Shown: piece by piece, positions 43,806-60,810 of the stretch
How positions within the stretch are numbered: position 1 is the first letter of the stretch
Layout: each line of letters starts with the position of its first letter
DNA from: Eledone cirrhosa
Lineage: Eukaryota
Direction: 5' to 3'
Length of the DNA stretch: 64,000 bases
NCBI GenBank assembly: GCA_964016885.1
Contig: OZ024743.1
Span: 104,594,001-104,658,000, forward strand
Position numbers and translations under genes: made by a program
Notes under the pieces: generated by a model
Told to the model about the DNA's origin: nothing
The model's input: the letters and a program-made list of their open reading frames with translations, nothing else
The model's database searches: none

Positions 43806-44074
43806 GTTATTAGGAGTATTCAAAAGCTTGGTAGAACAAGTTGTGAGGAATATATATATATATGTAGAAGTAATATTTAATTTGTTGGGATACAACAAGC
43901 AAATATTTTTATAACTGATATAAAGCACTCAACAAATTTTAAACCTCTCCGACACTAATTTGCATAATAGACCAATAATAAAATTAGTAACCCCACTATC
44001 CGGGAGCTTCCAACCGACATGGTCGCATTCTTTAAGGGTATGTCAATATTTGTTTATAAAACTGATCTATATTA

Positions 44075-44139
44075 TATTTTATCTGATGAAAGCGCACCAT
44101 AATTTGCTTTGGTGTCCTTGAAATATGTATAATGAAATA
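44075..44139 (+). ncRNA. Type I hammerhead ribozyme motif
   Basis: tattttat-CUGAUGA-aag.gcacca/tggtgt.ctt-GAAA-tatgta-UA-atgaaata. Confidence 0.8.
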
Positions 44140-44177
44140 AATATGGTTTTATAAATATAGCTTCCATTTGTTAATAT

Positions 44178-44234
<57 letters not shown>

Positions 44235-44629
44235 CTTCCAATTTATTAATTTATCCTATATTTATCACTGTATTATTTCTTCATAATATAACCCTCTGTA
44301 ATTTAACCAATACATATATGTATATATTTAATATTTTCATATTTATACCATCACATCTTTTTACTTTAACCACCACCACCACCACCACCACAACTATTTT
44401 CAACAATCATATTATGCTCACTTTTTTCACACATTATTTTACTTATTTTTTATCATCTTCATTCTAACTTATTTATTATTATTTATTTATTATTTTTCTT
44501 TTTTCTTTTCTTTGTTCTTTTTCTCTCTCTCCCTTTATTTTTTCTTTTTTCTTCTTCTTTCTTTATTACTGATGTTGTGATTTGAATTTTCCTAGTATAT
44601 TACAAACGCCGTGTATAATTTTAATAAGT

Positions 44630-44735
44630 TATTCCGATGATTTGATTAGGCATACATTGTATTTAAAATTGAGTGACACAACTTCAAGTGATTAGCAATT
44701 TTTAGACATCCTAATCAATGAAACAATTGTTAATA
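44630..44735 (+). ncRNA. Hammerhead-like motif with CCGAUGA core and long stem II insert
   Basis: tatt-CCGAUGA-t-ttgattagg...cctaatcaa-t-GAAA-caattg-UU-aata. Confidence 0.6.
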
Positions 44736-44950
44736 CTGTAAATAAAATCCTTTTTGTACTGTTGACCATGTTATTCTTCACTCTTTCACTATTATTACTC
44801 CAAGATTAACCTGCATAGGAAATCCCGAGAACTCGCCACCTAACTAAGGAAACCTCTTGTTGAGTCAAACAACGCCGTACGTTAAAACTATCCACAATAC
44901 GGAGTACTCACAACCTCTAACTGGATTACCTATAACGATAATTTGTTATC

Positions 44951-45016
<66 letters not shown>

Positions 45017-45164
45017 CGAAGGAGTTGTGGTAAGGAACCAGAATATGGGTCATACATTTTCCTATATATATATATATACTTACATATACACACGAACTAC
45101 TGACCAAACAAAGTTTGACACCAATGGGTTAAAGACATCTGTCAAATCAATAAGTGGTGAAGAT

Positions 45165-45201
<37 letters not shown>

Positions 45202-45790
45202 GTACGTTATTTCGGGTTGAATCGGAGGTAACCACAGTAAGTAAGGTACTCAATACATAGCAGAGTATAAAAGTTTTAATATAGATGAGATTCTACAGGA
45301 CTAGAACTGTTTTATTCTTTAGAAATCATCAGGAATCTGGCTATCCAAAAATAAATGTGGTATTTATAGGTCTTTTCAGGTGGTAGCAGAGGGTGGGGAG
45401 TGGGATGAGTAGAGGTCATTGGTTGATAGAAAAGGGAATTGATAAAGGTTAATTCTTTAAAACTATAATTTATATTTAGAGTGACAAAGGCAGAAAGAAT
45501 TCTATAAACAAGTTCAGAATAGGGTGCCACTCCTTATTTTTAAGTTTCTCTTAAGCTAACAATGCCTATATTTCAGGTGTCTATAAGATCGTTGGGGGTC
45601 GGTCATGGTTGATGGATTTAAAGAAAAGTGAAATTCTTTAAAAGCTAATTCTTTAAAGTTCTACTTAGAGTGACAAAAGCCAAGAGAATTCTATAGACCA
45701 GTTCAAAATATTGGGTGCCTATCATATCACTATCTTCAAGTTTCTCTTAAGCAATATTCCAGGTGTCAACAGACACATTCACAAACACAA

Positions 45791-46133
<343 letters not shown>

Positions 46134-46194
46134 ATATATATATATATATATATATATTGTTTATAGACAGCGGAGAATTTGAAATTAGATAGCG

Positions 46195-46220
<26 letters not shown>

Positions 46221-46226
<6 letters not shown>

Positions 46227-46552
46227 GATAGTGAAAATAGTGCCTCCGTTGTAATTTTGACTAAGTAAATTAGCTTAATGATTTGGAGTTATAAAAACCC
46301 ACAGAAATGGAAAAATGAATGAGCATTGATGCACATGGGACACGAACCCACATCTCTGGCTACCATGGTCCTTGTGTTACCATTACACCAATACGCTACT
46401 GACACAATGGCCATGGTAGCCAGAGATGTGGGTTCGTGTCCCATGTGCATCAACGCTCATTCATTTTTCCATTTCTGTGGGTTTTTATAACTCCAAATTA
46501 TTAAGCTAATTTACTTAGTCAAAATTAGAACGGAGGTACTATTTTTACTATC

Positions 46553-46558
<6 letters not shown>
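46221..46558. mobile_element. Foldback element (~155 bp arms) in (TA)n containing a tRNA-like head
   Basis: Arms are reverse complements with a few mismatches; - strand 46326-46398 has A box tggtgtaatgg and B box ggttcgtgtcc. Confidence 0.8.
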
Positions 46559-46621
<63 letters not shown>

Positions 46622-46665
46622 ACATAACAATGCAATATATATATATATATATTGACATAACAATG

Positions 46666-46726
<61 letters not shown>

Positions 46727-46731
<5 letters not shown>

Positions 46732-48234
46732 TATGAAGAGAGAAGAAACATTTAGATATAATTAGTAATAAAATGTATCATACCTAAACTGTTCCTAAAT
46801 TCCTCGACTACGTAGTTTCGTGGCATAAACAAAAACAATATATCAAAGATATAGAGTCCTTGCGAGGTCTGCCGACTTATCAAGAGGATACCTCATTTTA
46901 CTAGTCTCAAGAACGCGTCTACACGACGTGAGAAAGAATCCCAAAAGGCGGAGGGGGAGATAGTCACGCGATATAACGGTCGAGAAACAGAGCTGTTGGG
47001 TGCGGATGCATTCATGTATATATGTGTGTGTCCGCATATATCTGTGTGTTTCTAAATATATTAATAACTCCCTCTGGTCGAGCAATCTTTGAGGTGTGGG
47101 GACAACTGGAAAGCTTCCATTACTCATACTTCTCGCCTTCTTCACTACCTCTTCTACGGCCTCGATATGAATACCCCCTCCGCCTCTGTGGTATTTTCTT
47201 CGTGGTTATAAGAGGCTTAGCTCTGTTTCTCGACCGTTATATCGCGTGACTATCTCCCCCTCCGCCTTTTGGGATTCTTTCTCACGTCGTGTAGACGCGT
47301 TCTTGAGACTAGTAAAATGAGGTATCCTCTTGATAAGTCGGCAGACCTCGCAAGGACTCTATATCTTTGATATATTGTTTTTGTTTATGCCACGAAACTA
47401 CGTAGTCGAGGAATTTAGGAACAGTTTAGGTATGATACATTTTATTACTAATTATATCTAAATGTTTCTTCTCTCTTCATAATGTATTTTTAACTCTGAT
47501 ACTGGTTCAGTCTGGTTCAAACTGAATTGGTCTGTCCCAGTCATTCATTGAGCAACATCGGTGAAGTTGGCACCCTTAACTCACAGTTGGGTGCGGATGC
47601 ATTCATGTATATATGTGTGTGTCCGCATATATCTGTGTGTTTCTAAATATATTAATAACTCCCTCTGGTCGAGCAATCTTTGAGGTGTGGGGACAACTGG
47701 AAAGCTTCCATTACTCATACTTCTCGCCTTCTTCACTACCTCTTCTACGGCCTCGATATGAATACCCCCTCCGCCTCTGTGGTATTTTCTTCGTGGTTAT
47801 AAGAGGCTTAGCTCTGTTTCTCGACCGTTATATCGCGTGACTATCTCCCCCTCCGCCTTTTGGGATTCTTTCTCACGTCGTGTAGACGCGTTCTTGAGAC
47901 TAGTAAAATGAGGTATCCTCTTGATAAGTCGGCAGACCTCGCAAGGACTCTATATCTTTGATATATTGTTTTTGTTTATGCCACGAAACTACGTAGTCGA
48001 GGAATTTAGGAACAGTTTAGGTATGATACATTTTATTACTAATTATATCTAAATGTTTCTTCTCTCTTCATAATGTATTTTTAACTCTGATACTGGTTCA
48101 GTCTGGTTCAAACTGAATTGGTCTGTCCCAGTCATTCATTGAGCAACATCGGTGAAGTTGGCACCCTTAACTCACAGTTGGGTGCGGATGCATTCATGTA
48201 TATATGTGTGTGTCCGCATATATCTGTGTGTTTC

Positions 48235-48240
<6 letters not shown>
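46727..48240 (+). mobile_element. Retrozyme/pLTR-like element: inverted arm + ~2.1 x 591 bp tandem units, HHR in each full unit
   Basis: Units start at 46995, 47586, 48177; 46727-46994 is the rc of 47219-47486; flanked by (TA)n. Confidence 0.92.
47325..47412 (+). ncRNA. Type I hammerhead, U3-A8 core (copies 47916-48003 +, 46801-46888 -)
   Basis: tcctc-UUGAUAA-gt.ggca...tgcc-ac-GAAA-ctacgtag-UC-gagga. Confidence 0.8.
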
Positions 48241-48283
<43 letters not shown>

Positions 48284-48294
48284 ACATAACAATG

Positions 48295-48364
<70 letters not shown>

Positions 48365-49317
48365 GAAGTGTGGAATTTATATAGAGAAAGAATCGATTAT
48401 AGTACTGGACTAATACTTTTTTATCGACTTCGAAAAGATGAAAGGTAAATTTGACTTCGGTGTGTTTTAAACTCATAGTGCAGAAAACCGGAACGTATAA
48501 CGCAGATTATTCTATCCGGCGCCCTACCGTCTTTCTCAATTCACCGCATAAACAGAATATTGTCTGAGTTAATTTTCTAGTTAACTTTTGCATTTCTTTT
48601 TTTTTTGTGTAAGAGGCATTTCCCAATTTTCAGCTATAACAAGTACTTCATATTTTTGAGATAAGAAATTCCTATAATTATAAATTGATTTATTCGGAAT
48701 AATAAGACACTTTATTTCACATTGCTCCAGTTCACCCAGCTGGAAAAATGAGTTTTACTTTTAATCTAAAGGACCGGTATTGTCACACATTGTGTCACGT
48801 AGATTTTTCTTAAGCATTGAGTTAAGAATACACGTGTCTGTGGAATGCTTAGATGGTTGCACGTTAATTTTACGAACAGGCAGTTCCGTTGTTCAAACAA
48901 CTGAAACTCTTATCGAAATCGACGGAAAAAATACTTGTTTTACATTTTGATCGTATCGCCTATTAAAGATACTTCGTAAACATTTGGTAAATAACAAAGT
49001 CCACCATTGAGTAAAAACATTTGGTAAAATACCTAAGTCTAACATTGACATAACAATGCAATATTGAACCAGACTATATCTGAAATATGGCAGAGAATTC
49101 GCAGAGTTGTTAGAACTTCTGATAAAAGCTGTATAGTTTTAGTTCCGCTCCTCTGCTCTCTGAATTCAAATCATACCGAGTTCCACTTTGCCTTTCATCT
49201 TTTCGAGGTCGATTCAAGTACTGGGGTCAATTCCTTCTCTATATCTCTTTCACAAGTCCCCTCTGTCTCTAAGAAATCAGCTGATTTCTTAGAGAGACGG
49301 AAAGAGAGGGACAAAGA

Positions 49318-49396
<79 letters not shown>

Positions 49397-49800
49397 GGAG
49401 GGAGGGAGAGATGGACTGGGAGAGAGTGAAAGAGAGAAGAATGGACCACACTAGGTTTTAAAATGCCCAAGACAGGCCGTATATGACGACAGTGCTGCTA
49501 CGACTCCAGCAAGAGTTACGGGTCCAAACATACATAGTTGAAATGAAGTAAGAAAAGCTACATATACTTAATGAGCTGACCGGAGGTGTTTTCGTTTTTT
49601 CAGTCACGTTTTACGTGACATTAATTTTTAGTACAAGTGACCTCCAGGTACACTGACTAAATACTATTCTCTTTCTTTTCACTACTCTCTCCTCTTTCAT
49701 TTGTAAACACAATCTTTTTTTTCATGTACATCCTTGTCTATATATACACGAACATAGGTAAATGCATTCAAACGTAAATAAATAAATAAATATATACGTA

Positions 49801-49890
<90 letters not shown>

Positions 49891-49898
<8 letters not shown>

Positions 49899-50360
49899 CA
49901 AGGTTTAGCAAATAAGAAAAAGTTTCAAAATAAATTTCAAAAAATTCACTGTACTTACTATGGTTACCTTTACCGAATCGGTTTCGAGTCTCAAAAATAA
50001 ATGGAAAGTCCTTGCGGGCTTCCATTGAAAAGATAAACTCTCGTCAGAAGATTCTTTTCACTCGGAGAATATAAAATTCCCCGAGTTCTAATTACGATTA
50101 CACATCATTCATTCTCATCTCGGGAACAATTTTGAATAGCGCCAGTTCGTAATTTGAACTCGGGAATTTTATATTCTCCGAGTGAAAAGAACCTTCTGAC
50201 GAGAGTTTATCTTTTCAATGGAAGCCCGCAAGGACTGTCCATTTATTTTTGAGACTCGAAACGGTTTCGGTAAAGGTAACCATAGTACCATAGTAAGTAC
50301 AGTGAATTTTTTGAAATTTATTTTGAAACTTTTGCTTATTTGCTAAACCTTGATTATATA
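49891..50360. repeat. Foldback element, ~205 bp arms, ~50 nt spacer
   Basis: Arms are reverse complements with several substitutions and indels. Confidence 0.95.
50191..50277 (+). ncRNA. Type I hammerhead with extended stem II (mirror 49966-50052 -)
   Basis: acctt-CUGACGA-gagt...actc-GAAA-c..g-UA-aaggt; mirror has stem III ccg-att-cgg. Confidence 0.8.
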
Positions 50361-50467
50361 TGTTCTGGCTCGTTAATTTATTAACCTGCCATTGAACCAC
50401 ATTGGCAAATGGTTGGATAATACATGTGTCCCTATACGTTTTTTGCGTGTAGAGATATATACTTTAT

Positions 50468-51040
<573 letters not shown>

Positions 51041-51555
51041 TTGATTATATAATAAACAACACGATATAATTATTCCATTAACTAAGGTTTCATGACGATC
51101 TTAACAGAAACGTCTAGTACGCTCATCAGATGAAATATTTATTTATGATATTGCGTATTTCTTTATAAATACGAAATTCAAATATATATTTCTATACAGC
51201 TAAGTTCGAAGCTAAATTCTAATTCTATTCTATATTAAGTTGAGCCACCTTAAGCCATATTAAGTTGAGCCACCTTATACAGCTTCATATGCAAAAGAGA
51301 TTAATCACCTCATTTACACAGACGAAAAAACTATATATTTTCGTCTGTTTTCAAAGTCCGGCAGTTGCAAGAGCGGGAGAGATCATCCTGTCAAGAACCA
51401 GTTGATTTCGAAATGCATCGACGATTGTCCCCCTTGCTTCTGCCGAGCACCGCTTGGTGGCGTTAGCTGCCAGTGCTTTTCATAGCTATGGCTTTCTAAA
51501 TGTTTATTTATAAACATACCGTATTTCTTTAGAAATGCGAAATTCAAATACATAC

Positions 51556-51615
<60 letters not shown>

Positions 51616-51865
51616 ATGTGTGTGTATAAGTATATATATATATGCTTATATATATACGCACACACACACATATATATACATACATGATATAGTTATGTAT
51701 TGAAGTATTCTAGTTTATCAATAAAAGAGTAAAATGGTACTCAATACACAATGTATGGTGTTTTATTTGTTTACACTCAACCTCATTGTCTCGCTTCTGG
51801 AGTTTCACTGCAATCTTCAGATCGGGAAAGGCATCAGTTGATTATACAACATCATTATTTATCGC

Positions 51866-51919
51866 AGTAGTAGTAGTGGTGGTGCCAGTGGTAGTAACAG
51901 CAGCAGCAGCAGCAGTAGT

Positions 51920-51971
<52 letters not shown>

Positions 51972-51990
51972 ATAGAGGTAGTGGTGGTAG
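51866..51990. repeat. (GTA)n/(GCA)n trinucleotide repeat
   Basis: Directly visible. Confidence 0.95.
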
Positions 51991-52609
51991 GAATATTTGA
52001 AGTTTTTTTTTACTTTTTGTTGTCGACTTGCTGTACGTAGAGTCACTTACCTATATGGGGTATATAATTTGGATAAATCTGATTGGCTAAAAATCCTTAA
52101 AAGCTTAAATCTTTAAATGGCTGCTATTTCTTTTATTCATAATTTTTCAAAAAGAAAAAAAGAAAAAAGAAAAGAAACCACATCAGAGTTACAATAAAAT
52201 CGGACGATGTCCGTCGAACGTAAAGATCCGATTCCAGTACTTTATTTTACTGGCCCTGGTAAGATGAAAGTAAAAAGTTGACCTAAGCGGGATTCGAACT
52301 TAGAAAGTAAAGGATGCAAATAGATACTATAAGATGATTGGCTCTCGGTCCATCAATTTTGTTAATCTATAGCTTCTTCCTGATATAACTAAAACATTGC
52401 ATGAAACATCATCACTCGCTTTGTGGGGCAATCTTTTCTTCTTCATTACCATCTTCTAACAGAGAAAAAGTTTCGATTTGACTTTTGACCCTTGCTAACG
52501 ACACTCAGCCGCAGATATTATAACCTTTGTAATTTAACCTAACCATCTGACAACAACAACAGCAACAACAGCCATCACAAACATCACAGCATACACGACA
52601 ATATAAAGC

Positions 52610-52655
<46 letters not shown>

Positions 52656-52704
52656 GATACATACATATACATATATATATATATATACACATAGATACAT
52701 ACAG

Positions 52705-52775
<71 letters not shown>

Positions 52776-52804
52776 GATACATACATACATATACCTATAT
52801 ATAT

Positions 52805-52865
<61 letters not shown>

Positions 52866-52918
52866 GATACATACATACATATACACATATATATATACAC
52901 ATAGATACATACATACAT

Positions 52919-52961
<43 letters not shown>

Positions 52962-53369
52962 CATATGCCTTATTATATGTAAAGCCATAATGCTTGCTAT
53001 ACACCAGTCGCCAACTCTCTCATCAGTACGTAAGACTTACTAAGATATTCGAAGGAAATATAAATATAATCATAACAATAACAACTAATACACAAACGCA
53101 CATTCACATACAAAAAATAAATAAATAAATAAAATGAAATAAAAATAACAAAGTATAAGGCAACAATATATAAAGAAAACAAAATGAGAAACAAAGACCC
53201 CTGATATTTCTTTGAACATGGAAATTATGTTTTAACAGACTTTCCTAGTCTCGGTCACGTGTTACCGTGATACGCCATATCTTTATTGAGTTTATCACAG
53301 TCAACATGTCGGCTGTCATTTCTTACGCATCTTTCTACATCACCATATTTTCCTCATTTCCACTATCTT

Positions 53370-55532
<2,163 letters not shown>

Positions 55533-55569
55533 GATAGCAGATATTAACGTTATATCTGCTTCTGCTACT

Positions 55570-57392
55570 ATGGACGTTGCCATAGATACGACTGTCAACA
55601 AAGAGGAAAAAATATTACCACTTGAAGATTTTAAAATTTCTACCGTCGAAGCGGAGAAAAATAACAATAACACACAGGAAAACACAGGAATTAAACCCAT
55701 TAACATACATACACATGAAAAAGACATCAACAACTCCACAGATACATCTACACATAATGTTTCATCTCGACAAGGAACTGAGATTTCCAACACTGAGGCT
55801 AACAACGATAACAACAACAACAACAGCAACACCACACAAAAAAAAGAAAATGTCTTTCGCTGAAACAGTGAACAAAAAACAATATTTTATAAATCTTGAT
55901 ATCTCCAACGCAAGAGATATGCTCCAGCAAGGGAGAAAATTTGTAACTTTCGAAGAAAAAGGTGGGTTTAGAATTAACTCATCCCTTGAAATAAAGGAAG
56001 ACACAATTCGCAGATCAGTCACCTTTAGGACTGTGTCAAATTCCACAAGAAAGCCGACATTTGTTAGCCAAGCAGATATAGAAGCTACTTTCAAGGAAAT
56101 TCTAGCAAATATAGATTTTCTCCAGCGAGGAAAAAGGTACGGAAGTGTTTCCGTACTGTTTAAAAGCGAGGCACTCGCCCAAAAACATTCTGTTACACCA
56201 ATGGTGTCAAAAGCATACACCTTTTTCCCTACATACATGGAAAAAAGGACACAAAAAATAAAAATAAAAAACATACCCCCAAACATTAACATCTGGTGGA
56301 TCTTGGCTGGCTTCGTAGAGCCAGAAACTGATATGATTCTTTCGATACGAAAATCTATTCGACAAAGGTGGGCGGGTACTGATTTGGAGATTCTGTTGCA
56401 AATGAAACCGGAGAGAATCTCCAAAATACCCGAAAGAGTCGTCATCGATAATAACAACAAAATAAACATTTCCGTAGAAGGACGCAAATTTCATTGCTTT
56501 CTCTGTGGTAGCACAGCACACCTAAACGCCTCTTGTCCACAAACACACAATAACATCATTAAAAAAACACTATTACCAACACCAACACCAAAACAACTAC
56601 CACCACCACAAGTACATCGACAGACGAAACGAGCAACCGCACCAAAACAAACAGACATTCAACCAACAACAACAGAAAAAACAGAGACAACACCCCTGAA
56701 GAACACAGCCTCACTCCATCCCACTCCATCAAACATTACCACAAACACACACACCGAAACACCACCACCACACAACATACCCCTACCCCACACACCTGAC
56801 GATGATTATTCATCGACGGATGAAGCTGCTTCTCCTTCTTTAAGTGAAGAAGAGGGAGAACCGTGGAAATCTAAAAAACAAAAAAAGAGACACCACAACA
56901 CCCCCAAAACTCCAATCACCAACACCAACACACAACTACAGACACAAACAAGAACACAAACAACACCACAGTCAAACATCCCCCTATCAGCAAAACCAGC
57001 ACCAACACCACCCCAAACACAAGCATACACCATAAAAAGAAAACTCCCGGACGAACAACAAACTAAAACAACACAACAAAAACACAAACAACAATACGCA
57101 TACATCAACACAAACAACAAGAGTTTGATGGAGGTTATCTCCCAAAACACCAAGGTGGAGACGGAGGGCAAAAACTTTCGTCAAGGCAGAATCGTCTCCA
57201 CACCTTAAACTTATAAGGGTTTCTATGGAAACCTATAATGACCTAAAAAATAAATTTTCACAGGACGTGGGCAACCCCTGCCACAAACCCATCAACCGCG
57301 TCCTATTACATTGTTTCCCCACCCCACCCAACACCCCATTCAGTACCCAATTGGAGTTTGAACAACCCAATCTCCAGGAAACGAAAAGGTAA
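55570..57392 (+). pseudogene. Tx1 ORF1 with CCHC knuckle (two frameshifts)
   Basis: CFLCGSTAHLNASC; Pro/Thr-rich linker; basic NLS-like KSKKQKKR. Confidence 0.88.
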
Positions 57393-57433
57393 GTGCATCT
57401 TTCGTCCTTTTTCTCCAACTTTTCTTCACCAAC

Positions 57434-60400
57434 ATGGCTAGTTTACAAGTTGGAACCGTGAATGTGCGTGGCCTAGGGATGCCCTGGAAACAGGGCCAAC
57501 TTTTAAACGACCTTAGGTATGGATGTGATAGCCATCACCGAGTCCAGTATCCACAACAGGCAGCAACTAACCCCCATCTTCGACGACTTTGAGATCTACG
57601 CATCTCTCTGTCAGCCAGGAGGTGGAGGTGGAGTGGCTGTCATGTTTCGGAAGAACCTGGACGTCGAAGTACAGCAAGTACACTTGGACCCGGAGGGTAG
57701 ACTGGTAGTCCTAGACGTGATCAGTATTGGAGGTGGAACCTTCAGACTGGTGGCCGTTTATGTCCCGACCGGGCAATTGCAATCACAGCCAGACTTCTTT
57801 AAGCGTCTAGAGTCTTTTCTGGGAACGTCTCGCTCCTTACTTTTAGTGGGGGACTGGAATGGTATCCTAGATGCACGATGGGACTATGTGGGAGCATGTC
57901 CCAGTAGAGTGGGGTGCAACAGCCTCAAAACTTTAATCGGCCAATTCCAACTGGCCGATAGGTATCGACTGGATTTCCCGACTGCACCACAGTGGACGTG
58001 GGCAAACCGTAGTGGGACATCTAGATCGTATTTAGATAGGTTCTTCATTAGAGAAAGGGACAAGGAGATATTAAGCTGTCCACGAATGCACATGGTTGTC
58101 TATTCAGATCACAAGTTAGTCGTCTGCTTAGTCAACCGTGATAGAATACATAGACAGGGACCCGGATACTGGAAGCTGAACGTGTCGTTGCCGGTACGTA
58201 AAGCTTACAGTGAACGGATAAGTAGACTAGTCAAGCAACAGTTAACGGGAGCCATCGTCAACAATAGATGGTGGTACTCTCTCAAGAAAGCAATTAGAAT
58301 AGAATCGATAGGGTATAGCAGAGAGTTAGCCTTAGAGAAAAACAGAATAGAAAGAGAACTAGTAGCCAAGGTAGAGGAGGCACTTAGAAGTGGAAACGCG
58401 GCTAGAGTGTTAGCGTCGAGAACGGCACTGGACCAGTTCTTCGATGCGAAACACGAAGGCTGTGTGGTCAGAAGCAAAACACGTGCTCTAGGAAACGAAG
58501 GAGCGAAAGCTGTCAGCTGGGCCCCTGCCGGAGGCAAAAAGTGGCAACAAGTCCACGATTCGGTCTTTGAAAGACCAACACGGACGCGTGCTACTTGACC
58601 CCAAGCAAATATGCGCAGCCTTTCAGCGGCACTTTGCGTGACTGTTTGAGCAGAACGACGGTGAGCCGAACGAGGCAATGGACTTTAGTTCATACCTCGA
58701 CGGCCTGCCGCGTCTCTCGAACACGGACGCCGAGTTCTGCGAAAGACCGATCACGGACACTGAGATACGGGACGCTCTGGGCCGCTGCGGGAAACGCAAG
58801 TCACCCGGTCTAGATGGTCTACCCTACGAGTTTTACATAGGCATGCCGGACTTGTTCTCTGGCGTCCTCGAAGCCGTCTACTGCAATTGGCAGCAGAACG
58901 GGAGAATTCCCAGTTCTGCAGGCAAGGCCGTAGTAACGCTGATCAGGAAAGACGAGAACAAGGGGGACGAAATTTACAACTTCAGGCCCATAACTCTGCT
59001 CAACACAGAGTTAAAGATTTTTGCCAAGGTGCTAGCGACGAGGTTGGCGCTTGTCGTCGAGAACCTGGTAGGGAAAGCGCAAACGTGTGCAATCCCGACC
59101 AGGTCCATACACGACAACCTCCACCTCATGCGATACATCATAGAGAGGGTGGGTAGTAAACGCGGCTTCGGTTGGGCACTGATCAACTTGGATCAGTGTA
59201 AGGTATTCGATAGGGTCGACCATCGATACTTGGAAGCGGTTCTCAAGGCGGCCGGTTTCGGTCCCGTGTTCAGAGGCTGGATCGAGGCGATGCACACCAG
59301 TATCTGCTCGAGGGTCAAGGTGAACGGCTACCTATCGGAGCCGTTCGCAATCACTCGTTCCATTCGACAGAGGTGCCCTCTCTCCTCCATTCTGTATGTA
59401 TTGACTCTAGAGCCACTACTGCGGAAATTGGAGCTGTTGCAGGGTATCCCTCTCGAACCGGGACTGCGCGAAGCGGCGTCGGCTTATGCCGACGACGTGA
59501 CGGTAATGGTGTCGAGCACCTCGGAAATCGGGGTGATCGGCAACTTACTGAAAGAATACGAAACGCTGACGGGAGCAAAACTAAACCCGGACATGTCTGT
59601 CGGTTTGCAACTCGGTACGTGGAGAGGCTGATGATGCGCAAAGATGCGCTGAGGCTGCGGTATCTCCAGGTATTCCTCACCGACCCCCAACCGGTGTGGG
59701 CACCGTATGTGAGACAGGCTTTCCCACAGTTCATCTCACTGACGGAGCTGCAGTTCAGGGTCAAGAAAAGACCGAAAACGGTAGGCGCCTGGCACATTGA
59801 ATGCGCTCAGGCGCTCACAGTCCTCTGGCAAGCGGGCGCAGCAATCAGTGGAGACTCCACTTCAACATTCTATAGAGGGATTATACGTTACAAGGACGAC
59901 GACGTGCTTGGAGAGACTCTGGGCGTCGAAGACGATGAGCTCACCAGTCTGTTTGGTAGGACTTTCCGCCCGGGACTTATGGACAACTTCCAGAGGTCCC
60001 TGGCCTGGCAGTGCTACCGAGGAGCTCTACCGGTTCGTGTCAAGATCTACAGGCACGGACGCCCCGGCAGGGATCCTTCCAAGAGGACGTGTCCAAGATG
60101 TGCGCAGGACATTGAAACAGTCCTGCACGCAATTGTACACTGCGCGGGCGTAACCGACCTGTGGAACTATGCAGAACAACTGCTGTCGCGTATGGGACAA
60201 ATCCAGTTGACTGCCGAGTCCATAGTAAGGATCAAACCGCCAGCCTCTTTCAAAAACGAAAGAGAGGCGGTTTTCCTCTGTACGGTGGCTATGGTGAAAG
60301 AAGTTATATGGTGGACGAATTTGAGAGGACTGAGGACAGATGCCTTTCTCTCCGGACAACAATTGCTTCCCTTCTTTAAGTATCACTTTAGAAGGAGAAT

Positions 60401-60506
60401 CAGGGTGGTGAGAGAGGCACTGCACCCCAGTAAATTTACTGAAAGGTGGGTGAATGAAGCGAAAATGGCCCGAGTTATTGGGCCTTCTCTGTTTATAGGC
60501 CTGTAG
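57434..60506 (+). pseudogene. Tx1 ORF2 APE-RT-zinc finger, disrupted
   Basis: MASLQVGTVNVRGL, GDWN, YSDH, YADD, CPRC..ETVLHAIVHC. Confidence 0.93.
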
Positions 60507-60810
60507 GTTGAAGAAGAGAGCAAAAGGAAGAAAGGAGCACTTGCACAACACGCTCCTGGAGTTGAGGGTTGTTCTATCGACGGGGTATTAAACAACCCAT
60601 TTGTGGCGCCTCCCCCCTATTGGGGATTTCGATTTTTGTAATTGTTTGTTTTTATATTTTTTACACGACTGTATGTAAAATCCCCGGCATGTCTTTGTAT
60701 TGTCCCCTTTTCTTGTGCGCCCTTGTGGCTAATAAAGAAATATATCTATCTATCTATCTGTCTGTCTATATATTGCATCTCATATATACACTGTCTATGT
60801 ATATCTACAT

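Larger units (their letters stand above)
55533..60740 (+). mobile_element. Tx1 copy 4, divergent subfamily, apparently full length
   Basis: ORF1 ATG 55570 to TAA 57392, ORF2 ATG 57434 to TAG 60506; ~0.4 kb deletion at ~59628; ends AATAAAGAAA then (TATC)n. Confidence 0.95.

Noticed and set aside
51071-51137. HHR-like motif on - strand
   Set aside because: Core and stem I are present but stems II and III pair poorly; probably decayed
55762-56487. 241-aa antisense ORF in Tx1 copy 4
   Set aside because: Shadow of ORF1 with no recognisable motifs; not conserved as an ORF in copy 1
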